A DNA stretch of 64,000 nt, taken from Fimicolochytrium jonesii. Its lineage: Eukaryota. The position numbers and the translations under genes are program-made. The stretch is taken from assembly GCF_025526975.1 (NCBI RefSeq), contig NW_026515669.1, positions 1,922,001-1,986,000 of the forward strand, read 5' to 3'. How positions within the stretch are numbered: position 1 is the first letter of the stretch; every line of letters begins with the position of its first letter. Of the stretch, positions 12,991-23,963 are shown piece after piece. The notes below the pieces were generated by a model. It made no database searches. It saw nothing but the letters and a program-made list of their open reading frames with translations, and was not told where the DNA came from.

Positions 12991-15900
12991 CTACGCCGCC
13001 CACGAATCCCCCGCACCCCTCCTCCTCTCGTTCGGACTCAAACTCCTCTCCCTCGCTTTATGCACCCTCCCATTCCCGATCGGCGCGATAAGGAACGTGT
13101 CGGGAAAGAACCGCGGGTCGTGACGCGAGGTTGTGTCGACAGGTGCGGAGAGGGCAAGGGTGGACAGCGTAGCGGTGCAGGTGTCGAGGTCGTCGGTGTC
13201 GAGAGTGGTAGAAAGGGCGGTTGGGGGGTCCAGGTTGCCGGGGCCCGAATCAGATGGGTGGCATCTGTGTTTTTTTGGTGCTGATAGCTGGTGGCTATCC
13301 TCGGCGTCGGGTCTGCGGTTCTTGGAGTTTTGGTTGTCAGTGCAATGGAGTCGTTCAGTTCTCCAAGTTCTCCAAACGGCATTCACAAGCCTTACCATTT
13401 TCCGCTGAAAAAGAGGTAGTGTTGCAACCACACTCCGCTTCCCAAAAAGGTGGCGACCTCGCTCAGCTCTGTCCATCCACTGTGTTCGAGCAGCGACGGT
13501 GGCGTGCAGGAGGACCACGTCTTCCAGCTGTAGATTTGTAGGGCCGAAATCAGAAACCAGTTTGTTGAGTTTGCAAGTCATGATGCAATGACAATCACCT
13601 GCGTGTCGGAGCCCTGTTAGGGTCACTGATCCCAAAGGTGAGATATTCCAGCCGTAAAATGCCGTCTGTCTGGCAGATTTTGCGGACCGGGGGCAAATGA
13701 AATCCAGCCAACCATCCAGCGAGCAAAGCCCGTCGAATGCAACCTTTCATGCGTAATAGTACGCGTAGTTCAACATAATGAACTACTTCAGAGAGTCGGC
13801 TTTGCCTCGGAATGTATCTCCCCACGACAACGGGTTGATAGTCCTATCTGGAGCGCCGGCTTCCCCGTTCGCTTTCCGGCGGGATCGATAGTGTTCTAGC
13901 TCCTCCTCTTGTGTATATGGGTATCGATGGCATGCGAAGGGGTGGTTGAGTGCCGGTTGCAATGCATAGCGTCTCTGGGCTTCCGATGTTGTGATCCGCC
14001 GTTTCACCTCTCGCTCCGCGGCGTACTTGCGCTCGCGTTTGGGATCGGTGGTCCATCAATAAGCACAGCCAGATCAGTGCGGGATTCGAAGATGTTTGAC
14101 CTGCTCCATCTTGACTTCTCATTCCCTTGTAAACCTGTGGCGACGGCATCGGGGCCCCAGGACGAATAGACAATAGACCCGGTGGTTTTTGCACCACTTC
14201 GACGCCGGTTGTTGTAAAACTCAATCAGAGATTGCCGGGTCAGTGGGATGAGTGCACGTATGTTCACTTCGAAGACGTATCCGGGGTCTTGATGTGTCCG
14301 AAAGACGAGATTAAAGTTTCGCTTGTTGACTCCGACACTGCTTGGTCTGCAGTCACCATTTGCCATACATACGCGGTCCCGTGTAGCAGGTCCCAAGGCC
14401 GAACATGTCGCAAACCGAGCGGAGTCGATTTGAACATTGCGTTCTTTAAGGTCCCCTATGCGCGGTTTGGAAGCGGTAGTTAGTGTGCGGGCAACAACTT
14501 TGCCATCAGAGCGCAGTATTGAGCTTACCGTGGGCAACGTCCTCATATCCCTCATACAACTCTGGCAGGGTCACAGCATACAGGAGCAGATCGGATACCG
14601 GATGTCGTGGATTTCTTCATGGCGATTATCGACCCTTGTATGAGGTGGAGAACATCCAGTGGGGATCGACCATGAATGTCGGCCTTCTCCAGGAATCGCT
14701 TCGTCACTGGGACCTTCGTATTGGCAGTGTTCCATTGGTCCAATGGTATTGCGCTCGTAGCAGCAGCGTTCAACCTTGCTCCAGATTCAGCTGCAGCATT
14801 TTCATGCCTCCCCGTATCTACACCATTATCCACGCCACCTGCATCGCCCATATCCGCCGCTCCGCCCATATCCTCCTGGTGGTCCTGGTCTTCACCGTCC
14901 TCTGGATCATAGACGCTGATTGTATCCGCGTTCCTGTCACCCTCCTCCACACCGTCACCCTCTTCCACACTCATCGCAGTGGCCTCGGTGCTGGCCGCGC
15001 CGGTCTTCGTACTCGTGGGGAGGTGGTGGGGCTCCCCGCTCTTGGTCCGGATCAACCCGTACTCCCTACGTATGATACGACGTCCGGTCAGAACGGTACT
15101 CGGCGTCGTGGCAAAAGAGAGCAGGTATCGATACCACCCCATTATACCTATGACCGCAACTAGTATCAATTTCCCTCGTCCCATGCAACAACTGCGGCAA
15201 ACACGACCACAGCATGTTGTTCCGCAAGCGCAAAGCAATTCCATACTCCGAATACTCGAAGTAGCAGTCACTGTCAGCGGCGTCGACGCCTTCCTCCGAA
15301 GTGGCAAATGCGATGGCATGCTCGCTTTCGTCGGCGTCGGTGTGCGGTGGAGCAACATAATGGCGCCGATCATCGGAAACTCGCCCTTGAACTCGTATTC
15401 GAAGCGCATGCCCTCCGCCGCGATGAAGAGTCTTCCATTGGGAAGGAGATGCCAGTAGTGGCCACTCATACCAGTGCCGTTGGTGCTGGCCGTCCCGTCC
15501 TCCGGGTGCATGATGTCGCGGTTCGGCACCTTCAGTAGCTCTTGATGAGGTTGTATTCGCTACCAGTACACATCAACGTCCGTCAGACCAGAGAACGAGC
15601 ATTTGCGCCAAGCGGTAATATCCTACCGGCGGGGGGGCCTCGTACTCCCACCCATGCAGTCCAATGGGATGAACAGCCTCCCATATGGGAGAACCGGGAG
15701 AGATACAGAATCTGGCCAGAGATACAGAATCTGGCCTTCGCTTCGCTCAGTTGGCTTTTGGATACCGTACAGCTGGTACCAAATCCTATTGAGGCACTGC
15801 AGCACTCAGGAATCCAGCTCAAAAGGATTTGGTACCAGCTGTACGGCTATGCCGTGAGAACCGCCGAAAACTCGGCCACTGCCTGCTCGAATGACAGGCC

Positions 15901-16091
15901 CACATCCTCGTACTTGATCTATAAACGAACAGAACTGTGAGGTCTCTGGAAAACTCACGACACGACATGGCCATCCTCATCCTGGGCAAATGCGCTTCTC
16001 GTAGCAAAACGGATGGAAATTTGAACAAACCTGGGGAGGGAGGCTGTGGGACCGAGGCAGAGGAGGCGCATGGAGACGCCACCGGCGACAT
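12991..16091 (-). pseudogene. Degenerate minus-strand gene relic containing a TET/JBP-like 2OG-Fe(II) dioxygenase domain
   Basis: A chain of frameshifted, stop-interrupted ORFs with a relic intron (~14528-14456: GTAAGC, CACTAAC, CATAG). A frame absent from the track reads HYVAPPHTDADESEHAIAF...YFEYSEYGIALRLRNNMLWSCLPQLLHGTREIDTSCGHRY. HxD is at 15344-15336, the distal H at 15185 and R at 15149. Confidence 0.6.
15765..15846. repeat. Perfect 23-bp inverted repeat (MITE-like hairpin)
   Basis: CCGTACAGCTGGTACCAAATCCT (15765-15787) pairs with AGGATTTGGTACCAGCTGTACGG (15824-15846). The pairing extends 6 bp inward with one mismatch. Confidence 0.9.
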
Positions 16092-16376
16092 CTGTTGCTG
16101 CTGCTAGCTGGGAGCCGAGCTGAGCGTTGAAGGCCGCAGCCCTCCCGCACGACTTGCGCTGCGATCTTCACCCCCGCCGCAAGCCCCGTTCGCCACGCAG
16201 GCAACGAGGTAACCCCACACACGCAGCTGCGCCCTGCATGAAGGTAACGCTTGCCTCTTTTCCATGACGCGCCCTGCATGTTGCTCTTCGGACTTTTGTT
16301 CCCGTCGCTCATTTACGGACGGACACACACACGGCGGACTGCTTGACACTCCCATTCCGTCCCCACTTCAACAAGG

Positions 16377-17755
16377 ATGTTCTGGGACCTCAACGTCCCA
16401 TATGAGCCGCAGGCGGTCGCTAACACAGAGCTAAAGAAGACTATCGCCATACTGCACGAATGTAGGTACGTGCGGGTGTTCTCTTCGTAGGGAGTTTTCT
16501 TTGAAGGACCCTCATATTGCGGTTGAGATTCGGCCGAGGTGTGCAATAGTACATTTCCATGTTCCCTCATACACTCCGTCTGACGGCTTTCTTCTCGTTT
16601 AGTTGGGTATGGGGCAGTTGCATATAACGTGACCTACTCTGGGAAAGAGGCAACTTCCAAGGTATGCTTCGGGGAATGATGAAACGTCTACGGTGCAGGA
16701 CGTAGCTTATGGAGGTTGACCACTATTTCCCACTCCCCTCAGCCAAATCCGATAAAACCTCTGAAACTAAGCGAGATTGGCATCAAATCCGCCCAAACGA
16801 CGACCGGTCGCTCGTCCCTGCATCCTTTTATATCCGCAAATGTGGCAGCGTGGACGGATGGATTTCAGCAACTGTCTCGACTGACAGTCATTGCTGATGA
16901 TACGAGCGCGAATTACCAATTGGTAGGCAATCTGAGAGTTCAGATTGAGTAGCGGACCAGGATCTAATCATGTCCATCACAGACATCAGCAAACTCCAAC
17001 GCAGCGTCATATGATCTGATTGCAGTGCAACCGACAAACGAAAAGCTCTTCCAGTCAGCCTGCAGCCTGTTCGATGTGGATATTGTATCCCTGGACATGT
17101 CCAACCGCCTGCCATTTTTCATCAAAGGACCAACAGTAAATGGGGCATTACAGCGTGGGGTGTTTTTCGAAATCGCTTATGGGGCTGCTATTCGAGGTTA
17201 GTGATGGATGATGGATCTCGTGCATGACGTGGTTTGCCGTGACGTATCTTCCTGAGCACGGCCTTTGCCTCTTCCGCAGATGCAACGGCACGAAGGCATC
17301 TCATCAGCAATGCGGCGGCACTGGTCCGAGCGACGAAAGGCAAGAATATCCTGATCACGAGTGAGGCCCAAAAGGCAATGGAGATACGAGGACCTTACGA
17401 TGTGATAAATCTGTGAGTGATGCCAGATTCGATGCTTTTGATGAGGGAACTGATCAGTGACGTTGTTCACCCAGTGCGACCATTTTTGGAATGACTCGCG
17501 AACAAGCGAAAAATGCCTTGGACGCAAACTGTCGGGCTGTTGTGTTACATGCTGGTAAGAAGCACTTTCCTTTTGATACCGAGGACACTCTTGCAGAAAG
17601 CGGGATCAACAACTGATCTACTCTCCTTGTATCAAACAGCCACCCGACGTCAAACTCACCGCGGCATACTCAGCATGGAGTCTGCCGCATCGTTGAGTGC
17701 GGCGAGCACATGGAAGCTTGGGCAGGGTGAAGAGACCGAAGCTATGCAGGAGTAG
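16377..17755 (+). CDS. RPP1: RNase P/MRP subunit p30 (multi-exon)
   Basis: Starts MFWDLNVPY. Exons encode QLSRLTV, YDLIAVQPTNEKLFQSAC..DVDIVSLD..RLPF..RGVFFEIAY, RRHLISNA..LVRATKGKNILITSEA..RGPYDVIN and ATRRQTHRG. Confidence 0.92.
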
Positions 17756-17845
17756 ATGTTAAAACAATAGGGCGTAGAGCTTGATAGCTATACAGTGGTG
17801 GGTGGTGGATCGAGGTTAACGGTTGCATCAGAACTTATGTGTATT

Positions 17846-19400
17846 TATGAAGAATATGGATGGATGAAGGTCGCCCGGCGCAAGCCAGGTATAGCCACGA
17901 TCGTCGCTAGGCCGGCAGGCTGTCTCCTTACTGTCGTTGTCTGAATGGCGAGCGATGCTCCCCAGAGAGCGGATGTCCTGTTGTTGTTGCTGTTCCTGGA
18001 TTGTTGACCATGATTTTCAGCCATGTGTCCGGTACCAGCCTGACGAAATCACCGACTTACCAGGAGCGCTAGCTGCTCTCTCAGTTCTTTGACGTGGAGG
18101 GTCTGGTGCCGGGCGACACCGCTGAGAGCGCGGATATGATGTTGCTGCTGTTGCTCCTGCTGCTGTTCCTGAATGGGTGACCATAATTTCAGCTCTGTGC
18201 CCCGCTACGAAGCCGAGACGAAATGAACCAACTTACCAGGACAGCTACTATGAACGGAAATATGGAAAGAGAACAAGGAAGGAGAGAAAACGCCAAAGCT
18301 GATTCAGGACATGGCGGCATACGACGATTACAAAGTGAAGCGGACTCCCGAGGTCTCACTTTCTCTCACTTACCAAAACGCGCAAGAACGACCTCCTCGG
18401 CGGGCACTGCAAAAAGGCGAGAAGCATGTTTAGCTACTCCGGTCATCTCTCCGACCTTCAGCACATGTTTCAGTGTGCTCTGACTCACGAGCTGCGTCTC
18501 GCGGGCTTCATTCTCCATAGCTACTTGTTTGAGGCGAAGGAGCCGTTCGCCTACTTCGAACATGTTCAAGTAAATACATATCTATCTGCAGCACCGATGC
18601 AGCACGGCTTTTGAGCCATCCTTTAATGTAGTTGTCATTCCGTCGTCTGCGTTCCTACAGCGCCTCAGGACGCCGAAAGTCCCGGTTCCAAATTTCGAAC
18701 GGTTTGCGTAAAAAGATCGATTTGGGGGACATTGGAATGCCGGGAGAGAAAGATGTAGTGACTGCGAACAGTCATCACATCTTTCTCTTCCGGTATTCCA
18801 ATTCCTACGCTGTGGCAAGACCGCGCCGAAGCTCTTGTATGATTGTTCTTGCCCATCCCACGCGATTTCCAACGTTCTCCAATCCGGAGTTCGTGCATCG
18901 TCGTTCGAGATGCTGCAAGCGACATCGGAGCGTTCGCACCAGTTCAATGTCGAGGAATCTCGTATCACATAGGGAGGGAACTCTGACATCGTTGGGGCTT
19001 GCAATACATCCATTGTGGCCGAAGGAGAGCCCGTTCATCTCCGGCATTTTCCTGTTCCTCCACGTCCACTTCAGTCAAGTAGTCGAGGGAAATCTCTGTC
19101 TTCAATCGCACGGTTGTAATTCGACGGCAAGGTGTATTCGGGATACATTTGTAGAGCAGTTCTCCACTAAACCCATCCCCTTGTTGTCCAGGCACGAATT
19201 TAAGTGCGGTCCAGCAAGTTTGTTGATGTAACCACTGATGAACTCCACCACACACCCCTTCGAAGAGTTGCTGATCGTCAACGTAGTTGGCCATCGCCGT
19301 CTGTGCCTGCAACTAGCCGGCGCACGGCCCGACATTGGTAAAGACCAGAACTCCGTGATGGGGGATCCTTGGTCGATCTCGCAGGTGTGATTGACTTCTA
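17846..19400 (-). pseudogene. Degenerate multi-exon gene with a duplicated intron-plus-Gln-rich-exon unit
   Basis: Two similar CTG|GTAAGT...CAG|GAACAGCA units (~17960-18070 and ~18140-18250) encode EQQQEQQQQHHIRAL... and EQQQQQDIRSL.... Upstream frames are broken. Confidence 0.35.
18731..18802 (+). other. 34-bp stem hairpin (pre-miRNA-like or mini-MITE)
   Basis: Arms are 18731-18764 and 18769-18802 with a CGAA loop. Read as + strand RNA it has 30 Watson-Crick pairs, 3 G-U pairs and 1 A-C mismatch. Confidence 0.85.
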
Positions 19401-19947
19401 TGCGAAGCTAGCGCGCACCGTCCATCTCAAGCCCCTGCAATGTACGCGCCCGAAAGCCAAGCGGCACAATGCTCGAATGCGACGATAACGCCTATCCAAC
19501 ATGGAGGATGAGACGTGGCGGAAGCACCGGTTTGCTTGTTGTTGTTGTTTTGGACATCGTGACGTACGATTTGATGGCGAGATCCTGTCCCGTTCTTGCA
19601 GGTAGAGTATGTCCCGATCCGACGTACATGCTTCGTGCTTTTGAAGAGCATGACCGGAATGCGGCCCAAAGGGCCTTTGCGATCTTCTTTGATTGGGCAG
19701 ACTTCTAACGCGTACGCTTTGACTTGGGGTCAGGCTTGGACCCAGACTTTGGTTTTGCAGCTGCAGTCAGGCTGCAGTCGTCTTTTGTTTGGGTGGCACA
19801 GTGCCCGTGGGTTGGCGTTTGCGTCGTTGTTTCTTTGGAGGAGGGAGCGGGGGTTCTTTGTCATGTACTGTAGCTCCAGACCCGGCAGCGTCCGTCCAGA
19901 CGGTTCTCGACTTTCAAGTCCACTGCACAAAGCATAAGTACAGTAAA

Positions 19948-20923
19948 ATGGCCACCGCCCTACCCGCGCACCTGCTGCTTCGCTCGCATCTTGCGGCAGG
20001 TGGCCTCCGTCTCTCGCCATGATTTACTCAACTGCCTCCGGGTATGCAGAGCCTGGAACTCCGCACTCCCCGCGCAAGAACGGTGTCTCATCAAGTACGA
20101 CTTCGAAGAACTCGATGGCATTGGGTGCGGACGTGTCTTCAACAACGCCGCGAGTCTCCACATCCAGGCGCTGGATACCAACGCTTACAGCATTTGGGAC
20201 GGCCCGAACATCGCCTACCTGACCTCCGAGTTTGGATTCCTTTCGACCATGCAATCCGAATTCCTTTCGACCATGCAATCCGACCTGCGTGGCATTGACA
20301 GTGATAAGATGCGCAGATATCATCCGAATGCGCCAAAGGATATGTCTCAATGGTCGGCCTTGAGCGCTGATCTCGCGTTCCTCGCTGGGCCGCTCCAAGT
20401 CATCGGCTCGGAATATACCGAGCTAGATGGGACCGAGCACATTGACCGCAGCACGGGATATAACGGAGAGATGGCATTCCCATTGCTATTATCAGCTGTC
20501 CCTGAGTTGGACGACCCATCCGACGCGGTAGCCTGCAACGCTCTTCTCGCTCGGCTGCAGGTTTCAGAACACCTTCGCGGATACTACGGAATCAGAAGGA
20601 TCTCGTTAGCAGATGAAGACGCGGTCATGGCGTTTCTCGTCAGGCTGTTCGAATGGGATAGACGATTCTTCCGCGGGTGGTTCAGTCTCGAAAACGATGC
20701 GCAAAGACAGACCTTAATGAGACTGCATCAGGCGCTGAAAGACGACAATATTGTCGAGCTGATCGATGTAGATCGTCCAGAAGCGACTTATTACGACGTT
20801 GGTCGCGGCGGATGGGATGGGAATTTTTGTTTCTTTGTCTTGTGCAGGAGGGGAACGACGGGCCGGAATGTGGTGGGGTGGATGATGTTCCAGAATTTGC
20901 ATGATTATGAGACTTTTCATTGA
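19948..20923 (+). pseudogene. F-box protein with a +1 frameshift near the 5' end (pseudogene or sequence error)
   Basis: ATG 19948 (MATALPAHLLL) is out of frame with ..RILRQVASVSRHDLLNCLRVCRAWN. Removing one base at ~19979 restores an F-box motif. Intronless, with a 24-bp tandem duplication at 20236-20283. Confidence 0.7.
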
Positions 20924-21418
20924 AGAACCTTTCAGGTGTAAGCAACATGTAGCATTATTTACTATATAAGTGAATTCATGTCTCCACATACATACTACGG
21001 GAAAGTTGCCGCAGCAGAAGTGGTTTAAAGACCGGGCGTCTATATAGCCTTCCACCTTCTTCTAGCCCTCTCTTTCCTTTACCTTTTTCCCACGAAGACC
21101 GAGAATCACCGTCCGTTTTGCACCCACCCACCATCCCTACTGTATATATCGTTGTACGTGTGGCCTCAGTGCCGTCGAATACATCGTGCTTTTTACTGTA
21201 CCTCCAAAAGGTGCATCTCAGGCGAGAGGGACGGACGGAAGCGCTTGAATCCCGAGAGAGAGCGGAACGCGTTGGTGCCGTGTCTTCTCTGAGAGGCTCT
21301 AATAATATCGATACAATGACTGCGTGCGTCATCCGGCGGCAACAAAGACAAGGCCTTTTTCCTTTTGAACAGAACCCTCCAAACAGCATTAAGCGACCTC
21401 GTATTCTCCATAGCAACC

Positions 21419-23550
21419 ATGACTCAACTCTGGTCCGCAGACAACAGGGTCCCCCTCTTCGTATTCGGCCTCACTACAGGCATCGCCCTCACCGCTGCAG
21501 TCCAATATCTCGTCACAAGCATCTCAGGCACCCCGCTGAACCTCCGCGCCGCTGCCGATGAAGATCGCGACCACCGCTCCTCCTCCTCCTCCTCCTCACA
21601 ACAAGGCCCCGTCGCCCAACGCAAGAATGTCGAAACTGCCACCCAGCGTCTCGAGCGCCAGTTCACAATCTCCACCGCCATGCTCCATAACCTCGTCAAG
21701 GCCTTCATCCGCGACATGGAGCGTGGCTTGAAACGCGACAACGCTGTCATGAAGATGATCCCTTCCTATGTCATCCGTAGACCCACCGGTGACGAGACCG
21801 GAACGTACCTCGCTCTTGATCTCGGTGGAAGTAACTTTCGTGTCTGTGAATGCACTCTCGCTGGGAAAGGACAGGTCCGCATCCGCCAGAAGAAGTTTGT
21901 CGTGTCCGAAGAGTTGAAGACCGGCACCGCCACCGCCTTGTTTGATTACTTTGCCGAGTGTGTTAGTTCCACTATGGATGGGTTTGGCTTGGATAAGCAG
22001 GCCGGCACGAAATTGGGTTTTACCTTTTCCTTTCCGGTTCAGCAGCAGGCTTTGAATAGAGGTGAGTGACCGAGCCGGCGAGCGACGAGCGATAGCGAGT
22101 CCACTGTAATACCGAGCGCTAGCGAGGACGAACGCAGTGAGTGCGAGCGAAGCGAGTTCCGCGCCGCAGGCGCAAGTCTAGGCGAGCGTAGCGAGCCCCT
22201 GTCTTAAACCGTGAGCGACAGCGAACAATCGCTTTTATTACGCATCGGCGACCAACATCCTCGTCGCGAGCGGAGCGAGCAGCATATCGTTGGACCATCC
22301 AACCATCTTCAACCATACCGTTCAACCATCATCCATCATCCATCCGCATCCATCGATTTCTAACTCCGCCTCTTCAATCCATAGGAACCCTGTACCACTG
22401 GACAAAGGGCTTCACTGCTGAAGGTGTTGTTGGCCAGGATGTCGTGGGTCTTCTTGACGCTGCCTTGCGGAGGAAGGTTGGTTTCGTCTCTCTCCATCAG
22501 CGAGACGTTCGCAACATATGTCCTAACCTCCTTCTTCCCTCGCAAACTAGGGCCTGAAAATCGACGTAACCGCCCTAGTGAATGACACCGTCGGAACCCT
22601 CATCTCGCACGCGTACCTCGACACGGCCACCACCATGGGCGTGATCCTCGGCACGGGCACTAACGCCGCGTACGTCGAGCGCCTGGAAAACATCCCCAAA
22701 TGGACCGGCCCCAAATGCCCTACCAACGAAATGATCATCAACATGGAGTGGGGCGCATGGGGCCAGGACGGGATCATCCTCCCCACCACGGACTACGACG
22801 TGAAAGTCGATCGTGCGAGCCCGAACCCGCAGAAACAGAGTTATGAGAAGATGATCTCCGGGTTGTATTTGGGCGAATTGACGCGGTATATTATAGTGGA
22901 TTTGATCTCCACTGGGGAGCTGTTTGCGGGACGACGGTGTGAGGCGTTGGAGGTGCAGCATAGCTTCGACACGGCCAACATGTCGCGTATCGAACGGTGA
23001 GTCTCCATTCCTTCTCAACGTTTACTTTACCCCCACACAATCCGCCACTGACACATATCTCCTTTATCTCTCCCCCGCCCCCCTTCCCCAGCGACCACTC
23101 AATGGAACTAACAGACACCCGCTCCATCCTCGAGGACCTCTACGCCGTCAAAAAAACCACCCTAGCCGACCGCCGCCTCGTCAAACGCATCTGCGAGCTC
23201 ATCGGAACCCGCGCCGCGCGCATGGCCGCGGTCGGGATCGCGAGTGTGGTCACGAAAACGAATAAACTTGCCGGAACGACGGTGGCGGTGGACGGGAGCG
23301 TGTTTGAGCATTATCCGCATTTTGCGAATCGGATGAGGGATGCGCTGAGGGAGCTTTTGGGCATCAATGCTGAGGGGATTGTTTTGGCTCAGGGTGGGTT
23401 TGAATTTGTGCGGAGGGGTGGTTTGGGGTGACTCTCCGTAACTGATGCTGATCTTGACTTTTTTTTTTTTGGATAGCCCGCGACGGATCAGGACAAGGTG
23501 CTGCACTCATCGCTGCGCTTGCTGACCACGGCGAGGAGAAGTTGCAGTAG
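21419..23550 (+). CDS. Hexokinase/glucokinase with an N-terminal hydrophobic segment
   Basis: Exons 21419-22061, 22385-22476, 22551-22996, 23092-23393 and 23477-23550. Motifs MIPSYV, LALDLGGSNFRV, LGFTFSFP, WTKGF, NDTVGT, GTGTNAAY, INMEWG, EKMISGLYLGEL, DGSVFEHYP and DGSGQGAA. Confidence 0.96.
22064..22290 (+). repeat. Intronic GCGAG/GNA-hairpin modular element, copy A (hexokinase intron 1)
   Basis: Contains GAGCGAAGCGAG, GAGCGTAGCGAG, GAGCGGAGCGAG and GCGCCGCAGGCGC. GTGAGCGACAGCGAAC (22211-22226) is identical to the reverse complement of 47766-47781. Confidence 0.8.
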
Positions 23551-23963
23551 AATTCACGAAATCACCCTTCCCTCATTCGGTTACTGTTATCACCATGCCA
23601 AAAAAATGTCGATTTGGACTCCTCATTCATATTGTCCCCGCCCTGTGTGTCTTTCTGCTACGCTTTTTTCCCCTTCCCAGAGATCATGATGAAATGAAAT
23701 GAACACTGCGTACGGTTATGATAGTTTGGAACGGATCTGCTCCTCGTAGAGAAAAACCGTGCGATGGTCGAATACGAACGGCACAAACAGAGGGGCGACA
23801 AAGAACCGCTCCATGTCGCTCAAAGAACACGCACTCCGGCAACAAAAATCCCAAAAGTCGTCCCCAAAGATCAATTCCTCTAAACCATCCATTTGCAGAA
23901 CATCCCTCCCATAAAATAAAAAGCCAAAAAGAACAAATACCTCTGGCGCCCCCATCCATCACT

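Noticed and set aside
14552..15529. 325-aa track ORF as an intact gene
   Set aside because: It appears to be a mosaic of frames: the recognisable dioxygenase motifs lie in a different frame and there is an in-frame stop just upstream.
15819..16091. Possible F-box-like N-terminus (LFKFPSVLL...MAMSCREF)
   Set aside because: The motif match is too weak to call and the frame is interrupted by the inverted-repeat insert.
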